Shown: positions 35,243-44,057 of the stretch, piece by piece
Position numbering within the stretch: position 1 is the stretch's first letter
How the letters are laid out: each line of letters begins with the position of its first letter
Assembly (NCBI GenBank): GCA_005805375.1
Contig: SYMT01000553.1
Location: 1 to 55,304, forward strand
DNA from: Actinomycetota bacterium
GTDB taxonomy: Bacteria > Armatimonadota > SYMT01
DNA length: 55,304 nt
Direction of reading: 5' to 3'
The notes under the pieces: generated by a model
Databases searched by the model: none
What the model saw: the letters and a program-made list of their open reading frames with translations, nothing else
What the model was told of the DNA's origin: nothing
Position numbers and translations under genes: made by a program

Positions 35243-37267
35243 CTACTCGTCCCCAGCTATCGGGTTCTCCTCCGTCAGTATCGAAATCACCACATGCGTC
35301 CCGAACGACGGAGCGAGGAACTGTATGGCATCACCGTCACGTGACCACGCGATCGGAGTGTTACCGGGCTGCGCCTGCACTGACACCGGATCTTCTCCCA
35401 ATCGCAGTCGCACATTGATGGGTGCGGTGCAGGGAACGTCCTCAATGAAGGCGCTGTTCTGCGCCAGGCTCTTGCCGGGCGAGTGCTCGATCAGGTGGAG
35501 TAACCACTCCCCGGGACGGCGCCGCAACACGCACTCCACCGTGGGGGAGGCAGTCACGGAAATGAGCCGCTCCGGGTGCAGGCGGTCGAGCAACCCGCCG
35601 AGCAGGCGACGCAGGCCGGGATACTGGCTGCGGTGGTAGGCTGCGAACAAGTCGGCAGCGACATAAGCGGCGGCCCCGCTGCCGAACACGTGGCCCGTCG
35701 CAAACGGCTGGTGCAGTGTGCTCGCAGCGCCGGCGAGGGCCAACATAGGCAACCACTCCTCCGCTTCGTAGAGCGTGACCTCGTAGATGGGCGCGACCAC
35801 CCGCAGGGGCGCCCCGTCCAACAGAGTGGCACATTCGGCATGCTGGGCGCCGGTCCACCGGACCCCAAGCAGTTCCTCCAGTGCGAACACCGGGACGGCC
35901 TCCTGCAGGCGAGGGGACACCCTGCCGGTCGCCAGCAGTCTCCCCCCGTTCTGCACCCAATCGGCCAGGCGGCTGTCGAACCACTCCGGAAACTCGATCT
36001 GCTCCGGCAGGATCAGCAGCCGGTAGCGTTCCAGTTCGTCACGCAACGTGCCCTCTGCGACCACGTCATGCGGGAGGTGAAGTTCGACGAGGGCCTGGTG
36101 CGCTCCCCGAATCCGATCCAGCGACGGACCGGGGTCATACAGACCGTTGCCCGCCTTGCGATGGGTCGCGTCGGTATGCACGATCGCTACATCAGCCGCG
36201 GATTCGGTACCACCCAGCCACTCTGTCCGCTCCCGACCGAACTGTGCCGCCGCAGCCAGCGCATCCGCCGAGTCCTCCGGGGGCTCCCCGTCTTTCCGCG
36301 CAGTCACCCAGAGTGTCCACTTGCCGCCGTTAGCCAGAATCAGCGCCCCCTCTTGCTGCAATTGCGCGGCGGACTTGGGGTACGCGGGGAGTGCCGGCTG
36401 GGACCCGGTCGGCCAGGGACGCGGGCTGCACCGATCCCACGTCATCAAGTCGAAAGGCATCCGCCGGCCATCGAATACCCGGGCTTCCAGCCCCGCCTGC
36501 CAGTGTGAAAAAGCGGGGGAGAGGTCCCAACAACCACGACCACATCCGTCCGGCGCGGGTTCGGGCTGGTGCGAAGCGAATCCGGCGTTGCTCGCAAAGA
36601 GCAGGTCCGGCTGCCGGTCGTGGAGGTAGCGGGCTACCCGCGCGAGGTACCGGTGGAAGCTGTCTCGCTGGAATCGGAGCCAGTCTTCCCAGAGCAGGTC
36701 TGCCGGCTCCAACGGGGCAGAACGCTCGTGAAGCATCTGGAACTCGGTTTCGCACGCCGCGCAATAACAGGGACTGACCGTCCAATTCTCCCCGTCGAGG
36801 CAGATGCCGGCGGGGCTGTAGCGCTCGACCAACTCATCCAACTGGGGGAGGAGCAACTCCTCAATGTAGCCGGAGTTGGGACAGAGGGCCTGACTGCGAT
36901 ACGGCTGCCGGCGGGACGTGACTCGCTGCCACTCCGCCCGCCAATAGGCTTGATGATGGTCTACCAGACTGCTGTAGGCCAGGATTAACGGCAACTGCCC
37001 GCGGGCCGCCGCATCCACGTAAACCTCCAGGGGATCACGCCACGGGTCCTGATCCAGCGCGGGCCAGCGATTTCCAAACCGGGTCGGGTACGGGACGAAG
37101 CCCGCCTGTCCCTTGGCCGTCACCTGCAGTGCATCCGGCCGGATCCGGTCGAGCAAACCCCTCACTGCGTCTTCGGTGGGACCAGGGGGAACTTCGTCCG
37201 GAGTCCCCCCAGACCAGGAATGCTCTACGTAAAGAAGAATCGCCGCGGCGTCGTACCAGTCAGACAT
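35243..37267 (-). CDS. Putative glycoside-hydrolase-like protein (GHL6 / GH42-middle-domain-like architecture)
   Basis: The 674-aa product contains CPNSGY...SPCYCAACETEF. The segment RYRLLILPEQIEFPEWFDSRLADWVQNGGRLLATG resembles the GH42 trimerisation (GATase-like) domain. The family assignment is tentative. Confidence 0.55.
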   Translation of the reverse strand: MSDWYDAAAILLYVEHSWSGGTPDEVPPGPTEDAVRGLLDRIRPDALQVTAKGQAGFVPYPTRFGNRWPALDQDPWRDPLEVYVDAAARGQLPLILAYSSLVDHHQAYWRAEWQRVTSRRQPYRSQALCPNSGYIEELLLPQLDELVERYSPAGICLDGENWTVSPCYCAACETEFQMLHERSAPLEPADLLWEDWLRFQRDSFHRYLARVARYLHDRQPDLLFASNAGFASHQPEPAPDGCGRGCWDLSPAFSHWQAGLEARVFDGRRMPFDLMTWDRCSPRPWPTGSQPALPAYPKSAAQLQQEGALILANGGKWTLWVTARKDGEPPEDSADALAAAAQFGRERTEWLGGTESAADVAIVHTDATHRKAGNGLYDPGPSLDRIRGAHQALVELHLPHDVVAEGTLRDELERYRLLILPEQIEFPEWFDSRLADWVQNGGRLLATGRVSPRLQEAVPVFALEELLGVRWTGAQHAECATLLDGAPLRVVAPIYEVTLYEAEEWLPMLALAGAASTLHQPFATGHVFGSGAAAYVAADLFAAYHRSQYPGLRRLLGGLLDRLHPERLISVTASPTVECVLRRRPGEWLLHLIEHSPGKSLAQNSAFIEDVPCTAPINVRLRLGEDPVSVQAQPGNTPIAWSRDGDAIQFLAPSFGTHVVISILTEENPIAGDE

Positions 37268-37303
37268 GAGCCCCCAATGTGGCGAGAGTCGGCGTCCGCG
37301 CGT

Positions 37304-39070
37304 CTACGGCGCTGCGGGAGTACTCGGGGCGATCAACTCGCCCCCCTTCTCCCGTCCCGATCCTTCTCGGGTGCTGCGCGGTGCTCCCGGCTTTGAGCGC
37401 GTCCCTCCGCCCAATCCGGCGATCCGCAGGTCGAGGCCCACGAAACCCTGCCGGGTGCCGAAGACGATCCGTGGCTCGAGGCAGTGGAAGGTTCGCGAAA
37501 TCTCGAAAACCTGGTCAAAGATGCCGCTGTTGAACGAGCGAATGCGGGCGAAATACGAAAAGTTGAAGTTGCGCGACTGGAACTCCAACCGCGGACGCCA
37601 CTCTTCGCGGAGTTCGACGTCATCGAAGCTGAACGGCGTGCTCCCGCTGGTGTACTGGTTGAAGCGATCTACGCCCGCCCTCCAGTTGCCGAACTTGTAG
37701 AGCTTGCCGATGCCCACGCCAGCGAGCAGGTGGGTGCTCCCATTGTCATACACACTCTGGCGTGCAAGGAGCCGAAGGTCGTTCAACGTGATCCGACGCC
37801 CGAGCTTCACGTATGGCAGAAGCGCCTGACCCTGAACCTGGATACGACCGCCGCTCCGGCTGGTGGCGTCGTCGCGCGTCGCGTCGTCGCCGCGATGCTG
37901 CCGGAAGAAGCCCGCCGTGAGTTGGGCAGACACCTGCCAGTCCCGACTGTACTGGAGATAGGCAGGTCGGCGCATCCCCATCACCTGGTGGGGGAGAAAG
38001 TGCCCCGGGCGCGGTGCGTCCCGGCCCGGCGTCCAGACGATACCGAGTTCCGGCAACCTGCTGACCTGCAGATTCCTGGACCGCTGGTTCTCTGCAATAT
38101 CGCGGTAGAAGAGGGATCCGACGAACTGCAACTCACCGGCGGTGGCTGCCTGCAACCCGCCGAACGGCTCCTTCGCGCTGTTCACCCGCGCATAGGCGTC
38201 CACCCATACCGGGCCCTTCTCGCGAACATCGAACTCCTGCGCCACGTAGAAACCATTGCGGTTGTCGTAACCAAACGACGGGAGTTGAAGTGATGACTTG
38301 CCGCCCTTCGAGGTATCCGGCTTGAGCGAACGATCGAACCCGGGCGCGGTCACCAACCGAGTACCCAGCAAGTCCACTCCAAGCCCCCGGGCCAGCATCC
38401 GTTCCCGTGGCCGAATTTCGATACGGCGCGCGTAGGTGCTGTAGTGCGGATGCGGCTCGTCGCAGCTCGTGAACCGCGTGCGCTCGGCGACGTAACGGGG
38501 TCCGGGCTCAAGGAGGATCCGCTCGGCATTCAGGAAGTAGTCATTGATCCGGGTCCGCGCACGCTCGGCCTGTCCAGTCCGGGTTTCAAAGTTATAGACG
38601 ACGCGGTCGGCCTCAAACTCCTGGTCCCCCTGAGCGAGGACGACCGTCCCTTCAGCGGTGACCTGCCGTGTCGCCGGATTGTAGATCATGCGGGTCGCAC
38701 GCAGGCTGTCCCCCCCACGGGTTGCCCGCGGGTTGCCGGTGATAGTAATGAGACCTGTCTCGGCATTCCGTTCAATATCGTCCCCGGTGACCGTAATCCC
38801 TGCGGCGGATATCTCTTCGCGCTGCGTTGAGGATCCAGTTGAGGTCGCCTGCGGCAGGGATGGCTGGGCCAGCAATGCAGTGAGCAGGCGTTGGCGGGGA
38901 CCGCGCAGGCGAGGCAAAGTCGGATCCGCAACGAGTGGGGCAGAGGATGCCGCCGGGGCCTCGGGGGCCGTGGCGGGTTCCACCGACGTCACGTCCTGTG
39001 CCCAGGCGCCGGGGGTAGCCGCCAGGAGACCCGCCAGCACGGCGGGAGGAACAAAGTGAGTCCGCGTCAA
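37304..39070 (-). CDS. lptD: LPS-assembly outer-membrane protein LptD-like (OstA N-domain plus beta-barrel)
   Basis: The OstA-like segment is ITVTGDDIERNAETGLITITGNPRATRGGDSLRATRMIYNPATRQVTAEGTVVL. The LptD-type junction is RTRFTSCDEPHPHYSTYARRIEIRP...GVDLLGTRLVTAPGF. An aromatic-rich beta-barrel follows. The start is taken as TTG 39070, just before the signal-like sequence THFVPPAVLAGLLAATPGAWA; the longest ORF runs to 39241. Confidence 0.65.
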   Translation of the reverse strand: MTRTHFVPPAVLAGLLAATPGAWAQDVTSVEPATAPEAPAASSAPLVADPTLPRLRGPRQRLLTALLAQPSLPQATSTGSSTQREEISAAGITVTGDDIERNAETGLITITGNPRATRGGDSLRATRMIYNPATRQVTAEGTVVLAQGDQEFEADRVVYNFETRTGQAERARTRINDYFLNAERILLEPGPRYVAERTRFTSCDEPHPHYSTYARRIEIRPRERMLARGLGVDLLGTRLVTAPGFDRSLKPDTSKGGKSSLQLPSFGYDNRNGFYVAQEFDVREKGPVWVDAYARVNSAKEPFGGLQAATAGELQFVGSLFYRDIAENQRSRNLQVSRLPELGIVWTPGRDAPRPGHFLPHQVMGMRRPAYLQYSRDWQVSAQLTAGFFRQHRGDDATRDDATSRSGGRIQVQGQALLPYVKLGRRITLNDLRLLARQSVYDNGSTHLLAGVGIGKLYKFGNWRAGVDRFNQYTSGSTPFSFDDVELREEWRPRLEFQSRNFNFSYFARIRSFNSGIFDQVFEISRTFHCLEPRIVFGTRQGFVGLDLRIAGLGGGTRSKPGAPRSTREGSGREKGGELIAPSTPAAP

Positions 39071-39176
39071 GGCTGCCTGCTCCGGAAATGGGCGGATGGG
39101 GAGATACAGAAAGCCGGCTCCCGGTTTCCCGGGAGCCGGCTTCACCCGTTGGTCCAGTTTATCGCGAGAGAACTCG

Positions 39177-41390
39177 TTAGAACCGGGCCGTGAACTGGGT
39201 GCCGATGATGTTCGCCTGGTAGTCGTACCCCGGCGAATCAAGCAGGCCGCCGCTCGACACGTTCAGGTACTGATAGAGCAGGCGGAACGACACGTTCGCG
39301 CTGAACTGATGGGTCCAGCCGAAGTTGATGTACCGCTCGACGCGATCGAGACCCGCTGCAGTGCGAGCTTCGTAGTCCGCGTGCTCGTAGCTGGTTTCCA
39401 GGGTGTCCTTCTTCGTCAGCGGGTAGCGGAACCCGGCTCGGAAGTGGAGCAGGTCGCTGGACGGCTCCCCAGCGCCGGCGAGAACGCCCAGTCGCCGAAG
39501 GTAGTTGAAGCGGTAGATCGCTCCCTCACCTTCCATCACGAGCTTCTTGCCGATGGGCACAGAGATCGTCCCCCCGAAGCCTTCGATGCCACGCGGGTTG
39601 ATCCAGTTGCCGATGCGACCCCACGAACCAGGCGCATCGAACCCATCACCGATCCTCTTGTAGAAGCCGGTCAGCTTGGAACGGCCAAACGGGAACATGA
39701 TCCGCGCATCCCACGCACGCCGATCGGTGCTTCCGATGCCGAAGCGGCTGAACTGAATGCTCTGGCCACCCTGGGCAGTCCACTTCGATTCAGTGACGTT
39801 GAACGAAGCGGTAACCTTCTTCCAGACCTTCCCGGAGAGATCCAGGCCGTAAACCTGGAGCATGCGGAAATTGTCTGACGGAGTGTCTTCGAGACCGTCT
39901 CCATCGTTGTCGGCGCCGGCGCCGGGCAACGGCTCGGCGCCCGAGTCATCCTCGGAGGCCACGCCCACAAGGTAGGTCCCACCGATCTGCCAGCGCTTGC
40001 CGACCCAGGTGGCACGGACGCCCGCGCTCTGCTCGATCTGCTGGGAGCCGATGCCGAGAGCGGGCGCGAACCCACCCTGCGGGTTGAATCGGGCGATATC
40101 GCCCAACTGCGCCCCGGCATTGTAGACACCGAAAGCGGTGAAGCCGGCGGTGCTCGTCAGGGCGCCGTAGTCGGTGTCGTGGGTCGCCGCGTAGGCGCTC
40201 CAGTTCAAACCGAGCGCGCGGAAGTTCAAGCGCCCACCAGTAACCGGGTAGTCACCCAGATCCGTCTTGTCGTTCGTAAAGTACGAGTCGACGTCGACCA
40301 TCTTCAGGGTGTACGGGGTGAACTGGTGCCCGAACTTTCCGACGGTGAGCTGCGTCCCCACACCCCACAGCTTGAGGGGCATCTCAATGTAGAGATAGTA
40401 GGGGATCACATCTTCCACAGTGAAGTTCGGGAGGCCGCCGCCGCCGATGGAAGATCCTTCCAATCCGTTATTCAACAACGGATTGACCTGGCTGATGCGG
40501 TTACCGAGGTAGCCGCGCAGGTAGTTACCCGCGTTGAGCAGCAGACGGGCGGTTGCAACGTCGCTGATGTTGGCCGTGATGCCCAGGTCAATATCGTAGA
40601 ACGAGTTGACCCGCTCCAGGATGCTCGAACTGGGGTTCAGCAACCGTCCGTCGCGGTCCGCCGGCAGCGCGACGCCCGGGGCTCCGGGGAAGATACCGTT
40701 GGTCGCGTTGTTCTCAAACGGATCCGGCACGCCGTCCCCGTTGATGTCTACCTGGCTGCCCCGTCCGGCGGCTACATTCGCCGCGCGGAAACCGATGTTC
40801 ACGGCGCCGGTGATCTTCGGCATCCGGGCAATCGCGGTCTCGACGCGGGTGACGCGATCACCGAGTGCGGCCATATTCCGCTTGAGCTGCTCGATATCCG
40901 CGCCCATCATCGCCAGTTCGGAGCTGAACTCCTGTGCCAGCTTCTGCAGGTTCGCTACGTCGGTGCGCAGCAGTTGCTGCCCCTGGCGAAGCTGCTGCAG
41001 GTCGCCCGGTGCGACTCCGGGAGGTCCGGGAGGTCCGGAAGCCCCACGCCCACCAGCGGCGCCCGCAGGGCCCATCGGGCCGCGCACACCAGGCTGACCC
41101 GCGGTCCCGCCACCCTCGCCCTTCTTCAAGTAGGTCTGATCTACATAGTCCAGGAGACGCTTGAGCGCCATCGCGAACTCGTAGCGGGTGAGCGCCCGGC
41201 GACCGCTGAAGGTCTGATCCGGATAGCCAGTGAAGATCCCCTTCTTTGCGAGATCCTGTACCGCCTGATACGCCCAGTGGTTAGAGTCCAGGTCACGGAA
41301 GGCCGGGTCTCCCTGAGCATGTGCAGCAATCGGTGCAAGAACGCCGGCCCCAAGGGCGACGCCGGCCACGACTTGCCATCGCTTAGTCAT
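39177..41390 (-). CDS. SLH-domain outer-membrane beta-barrel protein (SLH, collagen-like G-X-Y stretch, coiled coil, porin-like barrel)
   Basis: The ATG at 41390 has a GGAGGAG SD. The signal peptide is MTKRWQVVAGVALGAGVLAPIAAHA. The SLH motif is FRDLDSNHWAYQAVQDLAKKGIFTGYPDQTFSGRRALTRYEFA. The G-X-Y run GQPGVRGPMGPAGAAGGRGASGPPGPPGVA follows. A heptad region is followed by a long barrel with alternating aromatic and Gly residues, ending in F. Confidence 0.8.
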   Translation of the reverse strand: MTKRWQVVAGVALGAGVLAPIAAHAQGDPAFRDLDSNHWAYQAVQDLAKKGIFTGYPDQTFSGRRALTRYEFAMALKRLLDYVDQTYLKKGEGGGTAGQPGVRGPMGPAGAAGGRGASGPPGPPGVAPGDLQQLRQGQQLLRTDVANLQKLAQEFSSELAMMGADIEQLKRNMAALGDRVTRVETAIARMPKITGAVNIGFRAANVAAGRGSQVDINGDGVPDPFENNATNGIFPGAPGVALPADRDGRLLNPSSSILERVNSFYDIDLGITANISDVATARLLLNAGNYLRGYLGNRISQVNPLLNNGLEGSSIGGGGLPNFTVEDVIPYYLYIEMPLKLWGVGTQLTVGKFGHQFTPYTLKMVDVDSYFTNDKTDLGDYPVTGGRLNFRALGLNWSAYAATHDTDYGALTSTAGFTAFGVYNAGAQLGDIARFNPQGGFAPALGIGSQQIEQSAGVRATWVGKRWQIGGTYLVGVASEDDSGAEPLPGAGADNDGDGLEDTPSDNFRMLQVYGLDLSGKVWKKVTASFNVTESKWTAQGGQSIQFSRFGIGSTDRRAWDARIMFPFGRSKLTGFYKRIGDGFDAPGSWGRIGNWINPRGIEGFGGTISVPIGKKLVMEGEGAIYRFNYLRRLGVLAGAGEPSSDLLHFRAGFRYPLTKKDTLETSYEHADYEARTAAGLDRVERYINFGWTHQFSANVSFRLLYQYLNVSSGGLLDSPGYDYQANIIGTQFTARF

Positions 41391-41963
41391 TGCGATCTCC
41401 TCCATCGCTTGTGATCCCCCGGCTGAACCGGTCCGGTCGGCGTCGCGGGTTCTTCGCAGGAGGAGTATCCACGTTGCCTCGCCCCCGCTCCGAACTGCTC
41501 GACCAACTTTTCCTGTCCCCCCGCAGGCTACCCCAGAAGTCGGGAGAATTTTCTCCCTCGTTCCGTGAGTCTGCAGGACCGGGGTGAATGGAGCGAAACG
41601 GTGCTCGCTCCTAACACGTTGTAGCACACGCAATCCCAAGTAGCCCACCTCGCGGCAACTGAGATCACCTCTACTACATTTCTTTTCGGCATGTGAGAGA
41701 CCGGCCCTGGAGCCGGATGCGGGGGAATCGCGCCCGGGAGGCTCTTTGGAGAGAATCCTGGGGGCCGGACAGCCCGCGCGATCGGGATTTGGAGGATCGG
41801 CGAGGCGGAGAAACGGAGCGGATGGGGCCGAATCGTCCCGGACAACCCGCGGTCGTTCACCCGGCGCAGCGCCACCGCCGGCCGGGTGTAAGAATCCCAC
41901 TGAGGTGCAAGGGGCGCGCCCGGGGGTGGAAGGCGCCCCCCCCCAGCAGGCACTAGTCGCGTC

Positions 41964-42245
41964 TCAGGCGTTCGGCGATAGCTCTTTGGCGCGGGCGACG
42001 AGTTCGCGGACCCGCTGCCCGCCCTTCCGACCGATCCTCCCGTAGAACGCAGGGCCATAGCGCGCCGCCGTGGTCTGCCCGCCGCGACGGCCGATCTCCA
42101 CGTAGTGCTCGGTACCATATCGCGCCCGGGTAGACGCGCCTCCCTTGCGGCCAATCTCGCCGAGAAACTCTGCATCGGTCCGCCCGGGAGCGGGCGATTC
42201 GGTCGCTCCCGGATCACCGGCAGCATCCACGCGTATCTGTTCCAT
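41964..42245 (-). CDS. KGG-repeat general stress protein (GsiB/YciG-like)
   Basis: There are three G(R/K)(K/R)GG repeats: IGRKGGASTRARYG, IGRRGGQTTAARYG and IGRKGGQRV. The ATG has a GGAGGCAG SD. Confidence 0.8.
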   Translation of the reverse strand: MEQIRVDAAGDPGATESPAPGRTDAEFLGEIGRKGGASTRARYGTEHYVEIGRRGGQTTAARYGPAFYGRIGRKGGQRVRELVARAKELSPNA

Positions 42246-42328
42246 AGGTCTGCCTCCAACACCCGGCCCGTTCCGGCCCTACTCAGGCGTGGATGTCGCC
42301 CGTACCGGCGCCTGCCGTAAGAACTACA

Positions 42329-42354
42329 TTACCCGGACGCAGACTGCGGTAAAC
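42329..42354 (-). promoter_or_regulatory. Sigma-B-like promoter candidate upstream of the KGG stress gene
   Basis: The minus strand reads GTTTAC (42354-42349), 14 nt, then GGGTAA (42334-42329), about 85 nt upstream of the ATG. This is compared with the Bacillus sigma-B consensus GTTTAA-N12-15-GGGTAT. Confidence 0.3.
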
Positions 42355-42537
42355 GTCGGTTGCGGACAACCCCGGATTCTCAGAGGGTGTGCAAACCGGG
42401 GTCAGGGCTTGGCGGCCGATGGCGGGCGAATAGGCCTGGTCGACCACCAGGGTTTCTTCGTCCGCCTGGGCCGGGATGTGGCGGCCGGTGTGTCTGCTGT
42501 TCCAGGTAGGGCTCCATCACACGACCGCAGACGCCAG

Positions 42538-42882
42538 TCATTCCAACTTCGCCCCGCATTCGGAGCAGTACTGCGGGGGTGAGAACCGCTCCTCGCTCCA
42601 GATCGTGCTCCCGCACCCGTCACAGAAGCGGACCTTGCGCAGTCCCATGTAGGTGCTGACGGCGACAAACGGCGCGATCAGCAGCAACGTGCGCGGATCG
42701 GTGCCCATCGCCCAGCCGAACAGCAGGTAGATCACACTCCCCGCGATGGCGAGCGGCGGATAGACCTTCCGTTTGAACGCGGCGTCGCGGCTCATCAGCA
42801 GGAACGAAGTCAGACCCACCTTGAGGATGAGCAGGACGAAGACGAACACCACGAACCGGGGGTTCGGAGTAGAGAAAGGCAT
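42538..42882 (-). CDS. Small membrane protein with a C-terminal zinc ribbon
   Basis: The ATG is at 42882 (MPFSTPNP). Three hydrophobic segments are present. The C-terminus has CDGC...CSEC (CxxC-N16-CxxC). Confidence 0.6.
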   Translation of the reverse strand: MPFSTPNPRFVVFVFVLLILKVGLTSFLLMSRDAAFKRKVYPPLAIAGSVIYLLFGWAMGTDPRTLLLIAPFVAVSTYMGLRKVRFCDGCGSTIWSEERFSPPQYCSECGAKLE

Positions 42883-42893
42883 GGTCTTGTGGG

Positions 42894-43766
42894 CTACACC
42901 GGCCGTTGTCGCCACGGCATGGGCATCGTCGGGGGCACCCGGTGGCGATCACCGCGGGGCTCGACCGGACGCACCTGGTAGTACTCGACGAAGTGTACGA
43001 GCTGCTTCACTGCCTCTTCGTAGGCCTGACGTCCCTTCTCGACCGTGGCGAGTTCGGGACGCCCCGTGACGCCGCTTTCCGTGTAGCCGCTGGTCCACGA
43101 AATATGAGCGACCGGGCCCTTGCCGAAGAGGTCGCCCCAGATAAAGTCGTTCTTGTCCCGGTTGAAGGCCGCGATTTCGTCGCGGATGTGCTCCTTGCGC
43201 ACGTTGTCCTCATCCAGGAACAGGTACAGCGAGGTCTCCAGTTCACAGGCGTGGGAGCAGCCGCCGGGATACTCGCTCTCACGCCAGCGCGGAAGGAAGT
43301 CTCGGTCCGCCTGCAGGAGTTGCCACCACGCGGCGAGTACGCACTCCGCATCCGTCTCGAGGTTGGTGCGGCGCGACACCAGGTCCAGGTTCGGCATGTT
43401 CGAGCCGTGCCCGTTCAGCAGCACGATCTTCTTGAAGCCGTGATAGGCCAGCGACCGGGTGATATCCAGCACGTGGTCGATGAAGTGTGTCCAATCATTG
43501 TTGATGGTACCGGGAAAGTCCATCACATGGCCCGTGTAGCCATAGCTGACGGTCGGCAGCACCAGAATCCGGTCCGGGGCCAGGCGCCCGGCGCCCAGCG
43601 CGATTTCTGTCGGGCAGATCAGGTCCACATCCAGCGGCAGATGATGGCCATGCTGTTCCACCGAACCGCACGGGACAATGCAGACTTTGCCCATCTCAAT
43701 GGCATCGTTGATCTCGGGCCACGTGAGTTTGTAGTAGCGGTGCTCAGTGGCGGCGCGGCTGGACAT
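42894..43766 (-). CDS. Creatininase-family amidohydrolase
   Basis: The sequence VPCGSVEQHGHHLPLDVD ... LLNGHGSN ... HACELETS is typical of the creatinine amidohydrolase / MftE family. Confidence 0.85.
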   Translation of the reverse strand: MSSRAATEHRYYKLTWPEINDAIEMGKVCIVPCGSVEQHGHHLPLDVDLICPTEIALGAGRLAPDRILVLPTVSYGYTGHVMDFPGTINNDWTHFIDHVLDITRSLAYHGFKKIVLLNGHGSNMPNLDLVSRRTNLETDAECVLAAWWQLLQADRDFLPRWRESEYPGGCSHACELETSLYLFLDEDNVRKEHIRDEIAAFNRDKNDFIWGDLFGKGPVAHISWTSGYTESGVTGRPELATVEKGRQAYEEAVKQLVHFVEYYQVRPVEPRGDRHRVPPTMPMPWRQRPV

Positions 43767-44057
43767 ACCGGTTCTTCTCCCTTCAGCAGAGGCAACCTGA
43801 CGACTCGGTAAGGGCGTTCGACGTTGCCCGTTCCGGGGCCTGCCTGGAAGGATGCAGGCAGAAGGATGAAAGTTGCGGCACGACGGCGAATGAATCGGCA
43901 GGTGCGCGCGTCCGGCGTCGCCGGTGGCCGGGGGCGGCGACAGGGTGCCCCCGGCCCGAGGGGCGCCTGAACTGCACGCAGCCGGCCCATCTGAGCGTCA
44001 CCGTCCCGGCGCCATGATCTCCTGCTCATCTTCCCGCGGTCCATATCAGCCTGCATC

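Noticed and set aside
41391-41963. The 570-bp gap upstream of the SLH-porin gene, examined for a hidden gene or an RNA element.
   Set aside because: The only ORF (41528..42262(-)) is non-coding-like in composition and overlaps the KGG gene in another frame. I could find no convincing promoter, riboswitch signature or stable conserved-looking structure by eye. It is probably a long 5' UTR plus promoter and the KGG terminator region.
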